This document shows, piece after piece, positions 20,480-29,509 of a stretch of 64,000 nt of DNA. Position 1 is the stretch's first letter; each line of letters opens with the position of its first letter. A program made the position numbers and the translations under genes. The stretch spans positions 2,848,001-2,912,000 of the forward strand of contig CAXXLL010000003.1 of the NCBI GenBank assembly GCA_963662545.2, in the 5' to 3' direction. Source of the stretch: Gammaproteobacteria bacterium. GTDB lineage: Bacteria; Pseudomonadota; Gammaproteobacteria; Ga0077536. The notes under the pieces were generated by a model, which saw only the letters and a list, made by a program, of their open reading frames with translations, did not search any database and was not told the origin of the DNA.

Positions 20480-22573
20480 ATGAAGGGGCAGAATATTTCG
20501 AGTCAATTCGGGGCGACAACCGGCAAATGGCTGGCAGCCTTGGGACTGGCCATCGCTGTGAGCGGCAGCGCTTACGCCTGGACCAGCGCCGATCAGACCC
20601 TGGAACTCAATGGGTTCCTCGACAGCACCACGCACCAACGTGCCGACTACGGGCTGTCCAAGCAACGCTTTCGCGGACAACTCGAGTACAGCAAGCAATT
20701 CAATAACATGGGTCCGTTCACGGAGATTTCACTGAACGGAACACTGCGCGCGACCTTTGACGGTGTTTACGATTTCAACGCCGATGATTTCGGTGACAAG
20801 GCGGGCAGCCCGCAAAATAATATCGTCAGCTCGGCATTTCCGTCATTCATTCCTCCGTCGTCCTGGGGCGCATCGCCAGTTTCGGCGGCTAACCCCGGCC
20901 TGCCCGGCGGCGGCGGATTCGGTTTTGATTTGACGGTGAATCCGAACTCCGGTTTGAAGCGAGTGGGCGGGGAGCTCGGCAATACCAACAATAGCAACCG
21001 GTTCGGCGGCGGGCTTGAGTTTTTCACGCCCGTTCGGCCCTGCAACGTGGATTCGCGCGGCTGTATCAAGGACTACATGGACGCGGGTGAAGACGGCCTG
21101 CGCATGCCGGATTTTCGCGACGATCATCGCTGGCTGCGTGAAATGTACATCGACGCCACCTTGCCGCTGAACAACGGCGACGAGATCAACTTCCGCGTCG
21201 GCCGCCAACAGGTGGTGTGGGGCCGTACCGACTTGTTCCGCGTATTGGACCAGGTCAACCCGATCGATTTCTCCGTTCAGAACATCTATGAAGAGTTCGA
21301 GGACAGCCGCATCCCGCTCGCCATTTTCTCGGCTGAATGGCGCCTCGGCGCGACCGAAATCTTCGACGACCTCAATTTCCAGTTCATCTGGAATTTCGAG
21401 AAGCATACGCCGCACAATCTCGGCCAGGGCGGTCAGCCCTATAACATTCTATTGGCCGGCGATCTGTTCCGTGCGCTCAAGACCTGTTGGGATCTGGGTT
21501 GTACGGTCAACAATTTCGCTACCGATATTCCGGCTCCCGATCCCTTCGGACGCGGCGGCACGCTTGGTAGTCACGGAAACCTGGCGACGGATTTCCCCGC
21601 CAACACAATTGGAATCCGTAAGTTGCATGAGCGCAATGCGCGGGATCAGTTTGGATTTCGCATGGAAGGCGTGTTTAATAGCGTTGGTTTTTCCTTAAAC
21701 GCTCTAACTTTCTATTCCCAATTGCCCTCGCTCCGCGCGGGAATCCCCTCGAATAACCCGTTTTACCCGGTCGGCGTCGCCGCCATTCCGCCATTTGACC
21801 CCTTGCCCGGCGGCACCCTTGCCCCCCGACCCTGGGTCCCGGCATTCGACATCTTTTTCCCGCGTATCTGGCTGGTCGGCACGTCGGCGGATTTCTATAT
21901 CGATCAGATCAAATCGGCCTTCCGCGTGGAGTTGGCGTTCACCAACGGTGAGGAGTTCGCGAACACCGCCAAGCCGCGCCTGTTCTCGGAGTCCAATGTC
22001 ATTCGCTGGGTCGTCGGTTGGGACCGCCCCACCTACATCCGATTCCTGAACCCGAACCGCACGTTTCTGCTGTCGGCGCAGATTTTCGGTCAGCATATAC
22101 TCAATCACGAGTACTTCGAGAGCCCGATCAGCGGCGCTAACATCGGTTTCATGGATTGGGAATACAACTTCATCGGGACCTTTTTGTTCCAGGGCTTCTA
22201 CATGAACGACCGCCTGCAGCCGCGGGTCATTCAGGCCTACGATATCCGAGCCCAGGCTTACGTCGTCTCTCCGGGGATCGACTGGCTCATCAGCAACAGC
22301 TGGCGAATGACGTTCGCGGCCAATCTCAAATTCGGTCGGGGACGTAATATCGTCGACGACGGCCGTACGTCGAACTCGTTCCCGCCTTTTACCTGTACCG
22401 CGCAGAGCGGTGCCGGCGCCGCGGCTGCGGGAGCGCCCTGTGCCCCCGGGATCACGCATGCGAGCATCGGCTCCAGGGTCGGCTTCGAGCCGCTCGGACG
22501 TTTCCGCTCGGGCCCGATCGGCATGGCGCAGCACGAAGACGAGCTGCAGCTCCTGCTGCGCTACCGCTTCTAG
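20480..22573 (+). CDS. DUF1302-family outer-membrane beta-barrel protein
   Basis: Signal peptide ending AYA; LREMYID, GRQQVVWGRTD, D.VNP.D; C-terminal beta-signal LRYRF. Confidence 0.82.
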   Translation: MKGQNISSQFGATTGKWLAALGLAIAVSGSAYAWTSADQTLELNGFLDSTTHQRADYGLSKQRFRGQLEYSKQFNNMGPFTEISLNGTLRATFDGVYDFNADDFGDKAGSPQNNIVSSAFPSFIPPSSWGASPVSAANPGLPGGGGFGFDLTVNPNSGLKRVGGELGNTNNSNRFGGGLEFFTPVRPCNVDSRGCIKDYMDAGEDGLRMPDFRDDHRWLREMYIDATLPLNNGDEINFRVGRQQVVWGRTDLFRVLDQVNPIDFSVQNIYEEFEDSRIPLAIFSAEWRLGATEIFDDLNFQFIWNFEKHTPHNLGQGGQPYNILLAGDLFRALKTCWDLGCTVNNFATDIPAPDPFGRGGTLGSHGNLATDFPANTIGIRKLHERNARDQFGFRMEGVFNSVGFSLNALTFYSQLPSLRAGIPSNNPFYPVGVAAIPPFDPLPGGTLAPRPWVPAFDIFFPRIWLVGTSADFYIDQIKSAFRVELAFTNGEEFANTAKPRLFSESNVIRWVVGWDRPTYIRFLNPNRTFLLSAQIFGQHILNHEYFESPISGANIGFMDWEYNFIGTFLFQGFYMNDRLQPRVIQAYDIRAQAYVVSPGIDWLISNSWRMTFAANLKFGRGRNIVDDGRTSNSFPPFTCTAQSGAGAAAAGAPCAPGITHASIGSRVGFEPLGRFRSGPIGMAQHEDELQLLLRYRF

Positions 22574-22672
22574 GGTGAACTATTTAGCGTACACGACGGA
22601 CCAATCTATAAAGAACAGGATAACGTTCGGGCGGCGACCGTCCGTCAGATCCAGGAATAATAGGTAAGCATC

Positions 22673-23989
22673 ATGAAAAAAACTTGTCTCTGGTACGCGC
22701 TCGGTCTTGCAGCCGTTTCGATGTCGGTGAACGTACTCGCGGATTTCACGGTAGAGGAAGTCGAGAATTCTTTCTTTCCCTACAGGAATGGGACGCCCGA
22801 GTATCCCGGCTACGAGCCTGGCATGGTGATCAATGAATCCAACGTCGAGCAGTTCAAGGAAATCCTGGACCCGGGGATGTACGACCATCTCAAGAACGGT
22901 CGCTTCGAGATGCGTACGAAGAAGACCGAATCGCTGGAACTGCATCCCAATTACATCCAAGCCACGCGTGAGGCGGTGAATAACCCGCCGAGTTTGACCG
23001 CGGACGGCCTGGTCGAAAATTTCGTCGCGGGACGGGCATTTCCCAAAGAGCCGGATCCCGATGATCCCAATGCCGGCGTCAAGCTCGCATGGAATTACCA
23101 GTACGGCTACAACTGGGGTGACAACGCGGCGATATGTCCGTTCTATTGGAACTATCGCAGCATGAAAACGGGGAAGCTCGAGCGGCGCATCAAATGGTGC
23201 TTCCATTTTCTGAACTGGAAACATCGCGTGAATCAGGATCCGACACCCGAATTCACCAATAATCCGGCTGATTTATTTCGATCGATCTACACGAAGGTTG
23301 GCGAGCCTTTCGATATCCGCAACACGCAGTTGTTGATTCACCGCTATAAAAATGATCTCAAGCGCGACGATGCCTGGTTGTATCTGGGCTTCCAGCGCCG
23401 CGTGCGCCGCCTGGCCACCGGGCAGGTGACCGACTCCTTCCTCGGCGCGGACGTTACGATCGAGGACTTCGAGGGTTATAACGGCCGCGTTTCCGATTAC
23501 AATTGGAAGTACGTCGAGACCAAGAATGTCTTCCTGCCGTTCCATCATCACAACCAGCTTACGTTGTCGACGGAATACGAAGAAGCGGACGGTTATCAGT
23601 ACATCGCCTATGGCGGTAAGGGCACCTGCTTTCCGGAATCGACCTACGAACTTCGCAAGGTGTATGTGGTCGAGGGCACGCCGGTAGATCCCAATCATCC
23701 TTTGAGTAAACGCATCATGAATCTGGACGCGCAGACGTTCACGATTCCGCAAAGCTCGCTATACGACCGCAAAGGGGATTTATGGAAGACCTTTTCGATC
23801 TGCCAGGCCTACCCCGACACTCACCACCCCGATAACGTGGGCTCGGGCGTATCGATCGATGATTGCTATACGATGATCGATGTGCAGGCGCAGCATTGCA
23901 CCAATGGCCAGTTCAAGGGCTTGCTGGATGAGAAGCTGAATCCGCCGCAGATGTTCTCGGTGCAGAACCTGCGCAAAAGCGGAAATTGA
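22673..23989 (+). CDS. DUF1329-family periplasmic protein (LolA-like C-terminal region)
   Basis: Signal peptide; AG.KLAWN, WLYLGFQRRVRRL, YDRKGDLWK. Confidence 0.85.
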   Translation: MKKTCLWYALGLAAVSMSVNVLADFTVEEVENSFFPYRNGTPEYPGYEPGMVINESNVEQFKEILDPGMYDHLKNGRFEMRTKKTESLELHPNYIQATREAVNNPPSLTADGLVENFVAGRAFPKEPDPDDPNAGVKLAWNYQYGYNWGDNAAICPFYWNYRSMKTGKLERRIKWCFHFLNWKHRVNQDPTPEFTNNPADLFRSIYTKVGEPFDIRNTQLLIHRYKNDLKRDDAWLYLGFQRRVRRLATGQVTDSFLGADVTIEDFEGYNGRVSDYNWKYVETKNVFLPFHHHNQLTLSTEYEEADGYQYIAYGGKGTCFPESTYELRKVYVVEGTPVDPNHPLSKRIMNLDAQTFTIPQSSLYDRKGDLWKTFSICQAYPDTHHPDNVGSGVSIDDCYTMIDVQAQHCTNGQFKGLLDEKLNPPQMFSVQNLRKSGN

Positions 23990-24011
23990 TGAGTACTCAG
24001 CTTGCATAACG

Positions 24012-24042
24012 AAAAAGGGCGTCATGGACGCCCTTTTTTTTT
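24012..24042. terminator. Bidirectional rho-independent terminator
   Basis: AAAAAGGGCGTC-ATG-GACGCCCTTTTTTTTT between convergent genes. Confidence 0.88.
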
Positions 24043-24067
24043 GAAAATGCAGCAACCTGGCGTCCCG

Positions 24068-25189
24068 TCAGCGGGCGGGCCCACGCCATTGATAGGCTTT
24101 GCCGATCTCCGCGTGCAGTTGTAACAGGTCTTCGATTTTCTGCGTCAGTGGCCGCCGCCCCCAACCGCACTGCGTGGATATGCCGAAATCGGACAGGTAT
24201 TTCCCTGCGATCTTCATGCGTTTGAGCGCGCCGTCGACGCCATCCTCCAGGTGGATGAGCCCGAGATAGGTGTGCGCATCCCCAACGTCCAGCCGATATA
24301 GAGGCTCGTAGTAGGCCTCATCGAAACCGTTCGAAAGCTGCACCGACACCTGGATGAACTGCACCGATCGCCCGCAGGCCTTCACACCCTCGTTGGCCAT
24401 GTCGACGGATATGTTGAGATCGGTGATCTCGTGAAAGTGGCCGCTGTCGGAACCTTGCCCCTCTTCATGGCTCAGCGAACCGTAGCAGATATGTAATCCC
24501 AACCACGGACCCTCGGGGATCGGCTCACATACCCACTTCAATGCATCGCAGTAGCGCTTCATCGGATCGGACTCGAGGTAGCTCAAATCCGAGGTAAACC
24601 CTTCGAGCCCCTCGAGAGCCGCGACTTCCACGCAGATATCCCACTGGATGGCCAGGTCTTCAGGTGGAATCGAATCGCATATGTCTTTCACCTCTCGTCG
24701 TATGGTTTCGCCATAGGCGCGCCACAGCATCTCGAAATGCTCGGTCGTGTCGATGAACGGCCGGGTGGCGCTCTCGATCAGCGGCATTGCGACCATGAAA
24801 CGCACGCCCTGTCCGATCACGCCCTCGTCGCGCAGTCGCTTGAAGATCTCGTAGGACTTCTTCGCTTCACTGGCATAGCCGATCTTATCGAACGCGATCT
24901 CTTTGACGCCGTCCTCGATGGTGAACAGCCAGTGGTCGTCGTAGCCCTGCGGCTTCCAGTCGTCGACCGTGTGACGTGAAAGCGTTTTCATGTCGGGGTG
25001 TTCGGCGTAAGTACGCCGCGCGACGTAATTGATCCAGTAATAACGATCACCGATCTCGCCGTCCGGCAACATCGACGCGTGCTCGCCGATCGCGTTCGCC
25101 GCATTCCGCATTACGTCCTCGACGTTCCAGCCGTCCTCGGGTCGGGCAACGCTGCCGACCAGCATCATGTGTCCATGATCATTGCTCAT
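24068..25189 (-). CDS. UROD/MetE-like superfamily protein with putative Zn-thiol site
   Basis: LVGSVARP, PDGEIGDR, IQWD, LHICYG (HxC), STQCGWGR; RBS GAGG before ATG 25189. Confidence 0.65.
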   Translation of the reverse strand: MSNDHGHMMLVGSVARPEDGWNVEDVMRNAANAIGEHASMLPDGEIGDRYYWINYVARRTYAEHPDMKTLSRHTVDDWKPQGYDDHWLFTIEDGVKEIAFDKIGYASEAKKSYEIFKRLRDEGVIGQGVRFMVAMPLIESATRPFIDTTEHFEMLWRAYGETIRREVKDICDSIPPEDLAIQWDICVEVAALEGLEGFTSDLSYLESDPMKRYCDALKWVCEPIPEGPWLGLHICYGSLSHEEGQGSDSGHFHEITDLNISVDMANEGVKACGRSVQFIQVSVQLSNGFDEAYYEPLYRLDVGDAHTYLGLIHLEDGVDGALKRMKIAGKYLSDFGISTQCGWGRRPLTQKIEDLLQLHAEIGKAYQWRGPAR

Positions 25190-25246
25190 GGGGCCACCCT
25201 CTGTTAGTCGTGATGTACAAGCCAATTATAGAGTCGGTTACCGGAA

Positions 25247-25810
25247 TTAATCCCGTTCTCTTTCCGCTTCCTCCAGCCGGTCCATGAATTCGCGGCGCCA
25301 CTCGTCGATTGGCCGGAAACTCGGGTCGCTGCGGTAGCGGGATTCCGTGTCGGCGAAGATCTGATCGTCGCTAAGATCGAAATCGAGCGGTTCGATGTGC
25401 GGCTGATCCGCGTACCACGGCGAATCGCAGAAGATCTCGATGCGATTGCCTTCGGGATCCCGAAAATAGACGGAAAACGACACCACGTGGTTGATCGGGT
25501 GTACGTCGGACACCTCGGCATGTCGCAGGGTCAGGGCGTAAACGCGGCGCAGGTCGGCCAGGGAGTCGACGCGCATGGATATCTGGTTGAGTAGCGCATC
25601 GTCGGGACCGGCGGTGCGGCCCTCGACCAGCACCAGTTGATGATGTTCACGGGGATCGCGGCTCAGAAAGGCGATTTTCTGTGAATCGTAGACGATGCCG
25701 TGGTCACTCGCCACAAAGCCGAGCGTCTGGGTATAAAATCGTTTCATGCGTTCCAGGTCGAACACGAAGATCCCCAGGTGGCTGAAGCTGAGCTTTGGAA
25801 ACGCGGGCAT
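25247..25810 (-). CDS. VOC/glyoxalase-family protein
   Basis: SHLGIFVFDLERM..FY..LGF; SVYFRDPEGNRIE. Confidence 0.85.
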   Translation of the reverse strand: MPAFPKLSFSHLGIFVFDLERMKRFYTQTLGFVASDHGIVYDSQKIAFLSRDPREHHQLVLVEGRTAGPDDALLNQISMRVDSLADLRRVYALTLRHAEVSDVHPINHVVSFSVYFRDPEGNRIEIFCDSPWYADQPHIEPLDFDLSDDQIFADTESRYRSDPSFRPIDEWRREFMDRLEEAERERD

Positions 25811-25914
25811 CGGGCGGTGCTCCGAAATAAGGCGACAGTTTACCTATTTCGTTTAAGCATGCATCTTGGTTTATGCATCCTCGAATCAGCTGCACTGTAC
25901 CCGTATCGCCATAG

Positions 25915-27153
25915 ATGAACCGAACAAGAGACACGACGATGCCGTCCGCCACCGAGGCCCGGGCGCCGGGCTACGACGAATTGGTGCGTAGCGTCACAAG
26001 CCTCGGAGACCTGGTGCGGCGCGAGGCTGACGAGGCCGAACGGATGCGGCACTTGAGCGACACGCTGTTCGATGCGTTTCAGGCCGCAGGGTTGTGGCAT
26101 CTGCTAACCCCCGGGGCGCTCGGCGGGTCAGAACTGTCCTGGTCGGACGCCATGGCGGTCGCGGAGCGCGTCTCGCGCATCGACGGTTCGACGGGTTGGT
26201 GCCTGATGGTCGCGGGCATTCAGAATGGCGGCTGCGGCGCACTCATAAGAGACCCGGGCTGCGCCGAGGTGTTCGAACGCGGGGTTGATACGAGTATCGC
26301 GGGGCAAGGTATTCCGCGCGGCTTCGCACGTGCGGTCGACTGCGGTTACATGATCCGCGGCGAGTGGAGCTACGGCAGCGGCATCTATCACGCCAATTGG
26401 ATCCACAGCGGCTGCGTACTCATGGAGGAGGGGCAAGCAGTGATGGACGAAGACGGCGATCCGGTGGTGTTGATCGCCTACGTGCCGAAAGAAGCCATCG
26501 ACCTTAAGGACAACTGGGAGGTCTTGGGCTTGCGCGGCACGGGAAGCTTCGACTACTCGATTGCTGATGAGATTTTCGTCCCCGACTATCGCACCTATGT
26601 TTACAGCAAGAATTTCGTCGAGCGGGGCGGTCCACGGTATTCGCTCGGCATCGTCGGCTTCACCGCCTGGGGCCACACGTCGTTCGCGCTCGGCGTCGGC
26701 CGCCACGCCTTGGATGAATTGGCCGCGATCGCGAAAACCAAGGCCGGGCCATTCGGCATTCTCGCCGATTCACCGAGCTTCAGGGAGAAATACGCCCGCG
26801 CGGAAGCGCAGTACCGATCGGTCAGGGCACTGGTCTATGCAGCCTGGAACGATGTGGACGAAACCCTGGAGCGCGAAGAACCGGCGAGCCTGGAGCAAAT
26901 AGCCTTACTTAAACTCGGGTTTCGCTACGCACACGAGGTGATGTCGGAGATCTGCACCTTCGCCTACCACGGCGGCGGCGGCGTGGCGCTGCGGTCCAGC
27001 CCCCTGCAGCGATGCTACCGCGACCTTCACGCCGGCCTGCAGCACGTTCTGCTGTCGGATCAGATCATGCAGGATTGCGGTACGGTATTGATGGGACACG
27101 CCCGTGAAGGCGCCAGGTGGGAACTGCTGGGCCTCAAGGAACCGGACGAATAA
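25915..27153 (+). CDS. Group D flavin monooxygenase oxygenase, acyl-CoA dehydrogenase fold (HsaA/GraA-like)
   Basis: GSTGW, GEWSYGSG..HANW, NWEVLGLRGTGS, LQRCYRDLHAGLQH. Confidence 0.85.
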   Translation: MNRTRDTTMPSATEARAPGYDELVRSVTSLGDLVRREADEAERMRHLSDTLFDAFQAAGLWHLLTPGALGGSELSWSDAMAVAERVSRIDGSTGWCLMVAGIQNGGCGALIRDPGCAEVFERGVDTSIAGQGIPRGFARAVDCGYMIRGEWSYGSGIYHANWIHSGCVLMEEGQAVMDEDGDPVVLIAYVPKEAIDLKDNWEVLGLRGTGSFDYSIADEIFVPDYRTYVYSKNFVERGGPRYSLGIVGFTAWGHTSFALGVGRHALDELAAIAKTKAGPFGILADSPSFREKYARAEAQYRSVRALVYAAWNDVDETLEREEPASLEQIALLKLGFRYAHEVMSEICTFAYHGGGGVALRSSPLQRCYRDLHAGLQHVLLSDQIMQDCGTVLMGHAREGARWELLGLKEPDE

Positions 27154-27161
27154 GTGCACGT

Positions 27162-28412
27162 TCAACGCCCCTTCTTCCGCAGCGCCTGAACCACGAAATC
27201 CGAAGCCTTGAGTCCTTCCGTGGTGACCTCCGAGCGCGGCTGCAGGGTGGTGCAATGCTGCGCCTGTAGATCGATCATCGTTACCGCATCGAATATTGGC
27301 ACGTAACTGCCCTTGTTGACGGGCAGGTGGTGATCCGGATGCGAATAGGCGGCGATGGCGAACTTCCACAATTCGCCCCGGTTGTCGTAAAGCCGACCGT
27401 AGGCTGGGAAAAACGTCTCCGCATCGACATAGTAAAGTCTTTTCGACAGCGGGTGCTGGGACCAGTTTGGTATCGCCTCGACGACGTAAGCGGTGCGAAA
27501 CTGCCACTTGATGACCGGAAAACAATTGCCGGTGCCACTCAAGGCGACGAAACGGAAACCATCGGCACCGCCTTCGCGGTCGCCGAGCGCCAGCTCGTTG
27601 TGCCGGTAGAACGGCAACAACACCAGCCGGGTTTCGATGTAGCGCCATTCCATATCCATGATGCGCCCGTTGTAACCGAGAAAATCCTCGATCATGATGT
27701 CGCTGCCGAGAAAGGCATCGGTATTCTGCCCGGTCGGGAGGCGGCGCACCCGCCGCTGCCCCGAGAGATAAAGCCAGCCTTCTTCCCGGCGAGTGTCGTC
27801 CTCGAGCCGATGAATTAACACTTGCGTATGGCGAATATCGGGCGGCGCCAGCACGTGAAGATACAAGGCGTTGAAAATTCCCGATGGGTTGCGCGGCAGG
27901 TCCGGCACCGGCGGCGAGATGGTGCGGTGCTTGAACCGCAGACTCGCGGCCGCGAAGGACAGCTCACGCTCGACCTTGCCGGTGCGCATATTGCGATATT
28001 GCCAGTAGAAGGGCTTGATGCGGCCGCCGTCTCCGGCGAAGGCGTAGCGCATATTCCAAGCGAGCTTCTCGCCGGCTCGGGGATCGTCGCTCGATGGGGG
28101 ATCCGAGAAGGGCTGCCCTGCAACGTAATCGTGGAGCACGCCTGGGCGATCCCCGAGCCGCGTTTTGCCGGCATATCGATCCGTCGCCGCCGCATAATCG
28201 GGATGTACCGGAAACGACTCGCTCGTCGTGACCTCGATGGTGAAATGACCTTTTCCGATCAAGTCGATCAGGGTTTCGTCTAGATAACTCGCGTATTCAG
28301 AGATGTTGTCCGCATTGAGTATGGTTCCTGGCGGAGGCGGTTCGGCCGCGTGCGCGAAGCCCGCAGCCATAAAAAAGGCTAGGGCGTAGGTCAAGGCCGG
28401 GAGGACTTTCAA
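27162..28412 (-). CDS. DUF1329-family periplasmic protein, second paralog
   Basis: Shares AG.KLAWN, WLYL..QRRVRRL.TGQ.TD.FLG.D..IEDF.GYNGR and MID.QAQHCT with 22673..23989; signal peptide ending AHA suggests TTG start at 28412 (ORF is open to 28508). Confidence 0.85.
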   Translation of the reverse strand: MKVLPALTYALAFFMAAGFAHAAEPPPPGTILNADNISEYASYLDETLIDLIGKGHFTIEVTTSESFPVHPDYAAATDRYAGKTRLGDRPGVLHDYVAGQPFSDPPSSDDPRAGEKLAWNMRYAFAGDGGRIKPFYWQYRNMRTGKVERELSFAAASLRFKHRTISPPVPDLPRNPSGIFNALYLHVLAPPDIRHTQVLIHRLEDDTRREEGWLYLSGQRRVRRLPTGQNTDAFLGSDIMIEDFLGYNGRIMDMEWRYIETRLVLLPFYRHNELALGDREGGADGFRFVALSGTGNCFPVIKWQFRTAYVVEAIPNWSQHPLSKRLYYVDAETFFPAYGRLYDNRGELWKFAIAAYSHPDHHLPVNKGSYVPIFDAVTMIDLQAQHCTTLQPRSEVTTEGLKASDFVVQALRKKGR

Positions 28413-28562
28413 TTTTCTTTTCAGCGGGTTTCGGCGTTTTCGAGGCCGGCGTTTACATGCAGGCAGGCTCACGAATCGGTTGAGTGGAATGAGTATACTG
28501 TCCCCCATTCGTTAAAGCCCGCGGGCTATGCCCTGTCACGCCGAACCACGGGAGACAATAAC

Positions 28563-29435
28563 GTGAAAGATTTTACCGCCGACAACCTGACCGAAGAAGT
28601 CGTAAAAGCGTACACCGAAAATGCGAAGTCGCCCCGAGTCAAACAAATCTTCGAATCGCTCGTCAAACACTTGCACGCGTTTGTGACGGACGTCGAACTC
28701 ACCGAGGCCGAATGGTTCGAGGCTATCCAGTTCCTGACAGCGACCGGCAAGAAATGCGACGACAAGCGGCAGGAGTTCATCCTGCTGTCCGATACCCTGG
28801 GCGTCTCGATGCTCGTAGACACCATTAATCATACGAAGGACGGCGCGGGTACCGAATCGACGGTTCTCGGACCCTTCTTCGTCGCAGGCGCGCCCGACAT
28901 GCCGGTTGGCGGCGACGTGAGACGACGCATTCTCGATGAAGCGGAAACCTGCCTGGTCACTGGCCGGGTTACCGACGACCAAGGTAACGCAGTGGCGGGA
29001 GCCACTATCGACGTGTGGCAGACTTCCGCCAATGCGCTCTATGACGTGCAGGACTCAAATGCGCCTGAATGGAATCTGCGCGGCCGCTTCAAGACTGACC
29101 AGGACGGCGCGTATGCCCTGGTGACGGAAAAACCCGTCTCGTATTCAATCCCGACCGATGGACCGGTCGGCAAGCTGCTGGGTGTCGTCGGCCGGCACGG
29201 TTTTAGACCCGCACACGTTCATTTCATGATCGGCGCCAAAGGCTACGAGTCCTTGACTACACACGTCTTCGTCAACGGCGATGCTTACCTCGATTCCGAC
29301 GTCGTATTCGCGACCAAGTCATCCTTAATCGGTCAGTTCAAACCCTGCACCGATGATGAGCTTGCCAAACAATACGGCATTGAGGTGCCCTTTACGCGGC
29401 TCGAATTCGATTTTGGCCTGATGCGGACGGCGTGA
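28563..29435 (+). CDS. Intradiol ring-cleavage dioxygenase, hydroxyquinol 1,2-dioxygenase-like
   Basis: RQEFILLSDTLGVS, TESTVLGPF; Fe(III) ligands in YDVQ, PVSYSIP and RPAHVH. Confidence 0.9.
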   Translation: MKDFTADNLTEEVVKAYTENAKSPRVKQIFESLVKHLHAFVTDVELTEAEWFEAIQFLTATGKKCDDKRQEFILLSDTLGVSMLVDTINHTKDGAGTESTVLGPFFVAGAPDMPVGGDVRRRILDEAETCLVTGRVTDDQGNAVAGATIDVWQTSANALYDVQDSNAPEWNLRGRFKTDQDGAYALVTEKPVSYSIPTDGPVGKLLGVVGRHGFRPAHVHFMIGAKGYESLTTHVFVNGDAYLDSDVVFATKSSLIGQFKPCTDDELAKQYGIEVPFTRLEFDFGLMRTA

Positions 29436-29444
29436 AGATAAGCT

Positions 29445-29509
29445 GGGGTCGGGGTGAATTAATTTGGTGCACTGCATAGCAGCGCGCCAAATTAATTCAC
29501 CCCGACCCC
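29445..29509. repeat. Long intergenic inverted repeat (REP/REPIN-like hairpin)
   Basis: Perfect 23-bp arms GGGGTCGGGGTGAATTAATTTGG (29445-29467) and its reverse complement (29487-29509), between convergent genes. Confidence 0.8.
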
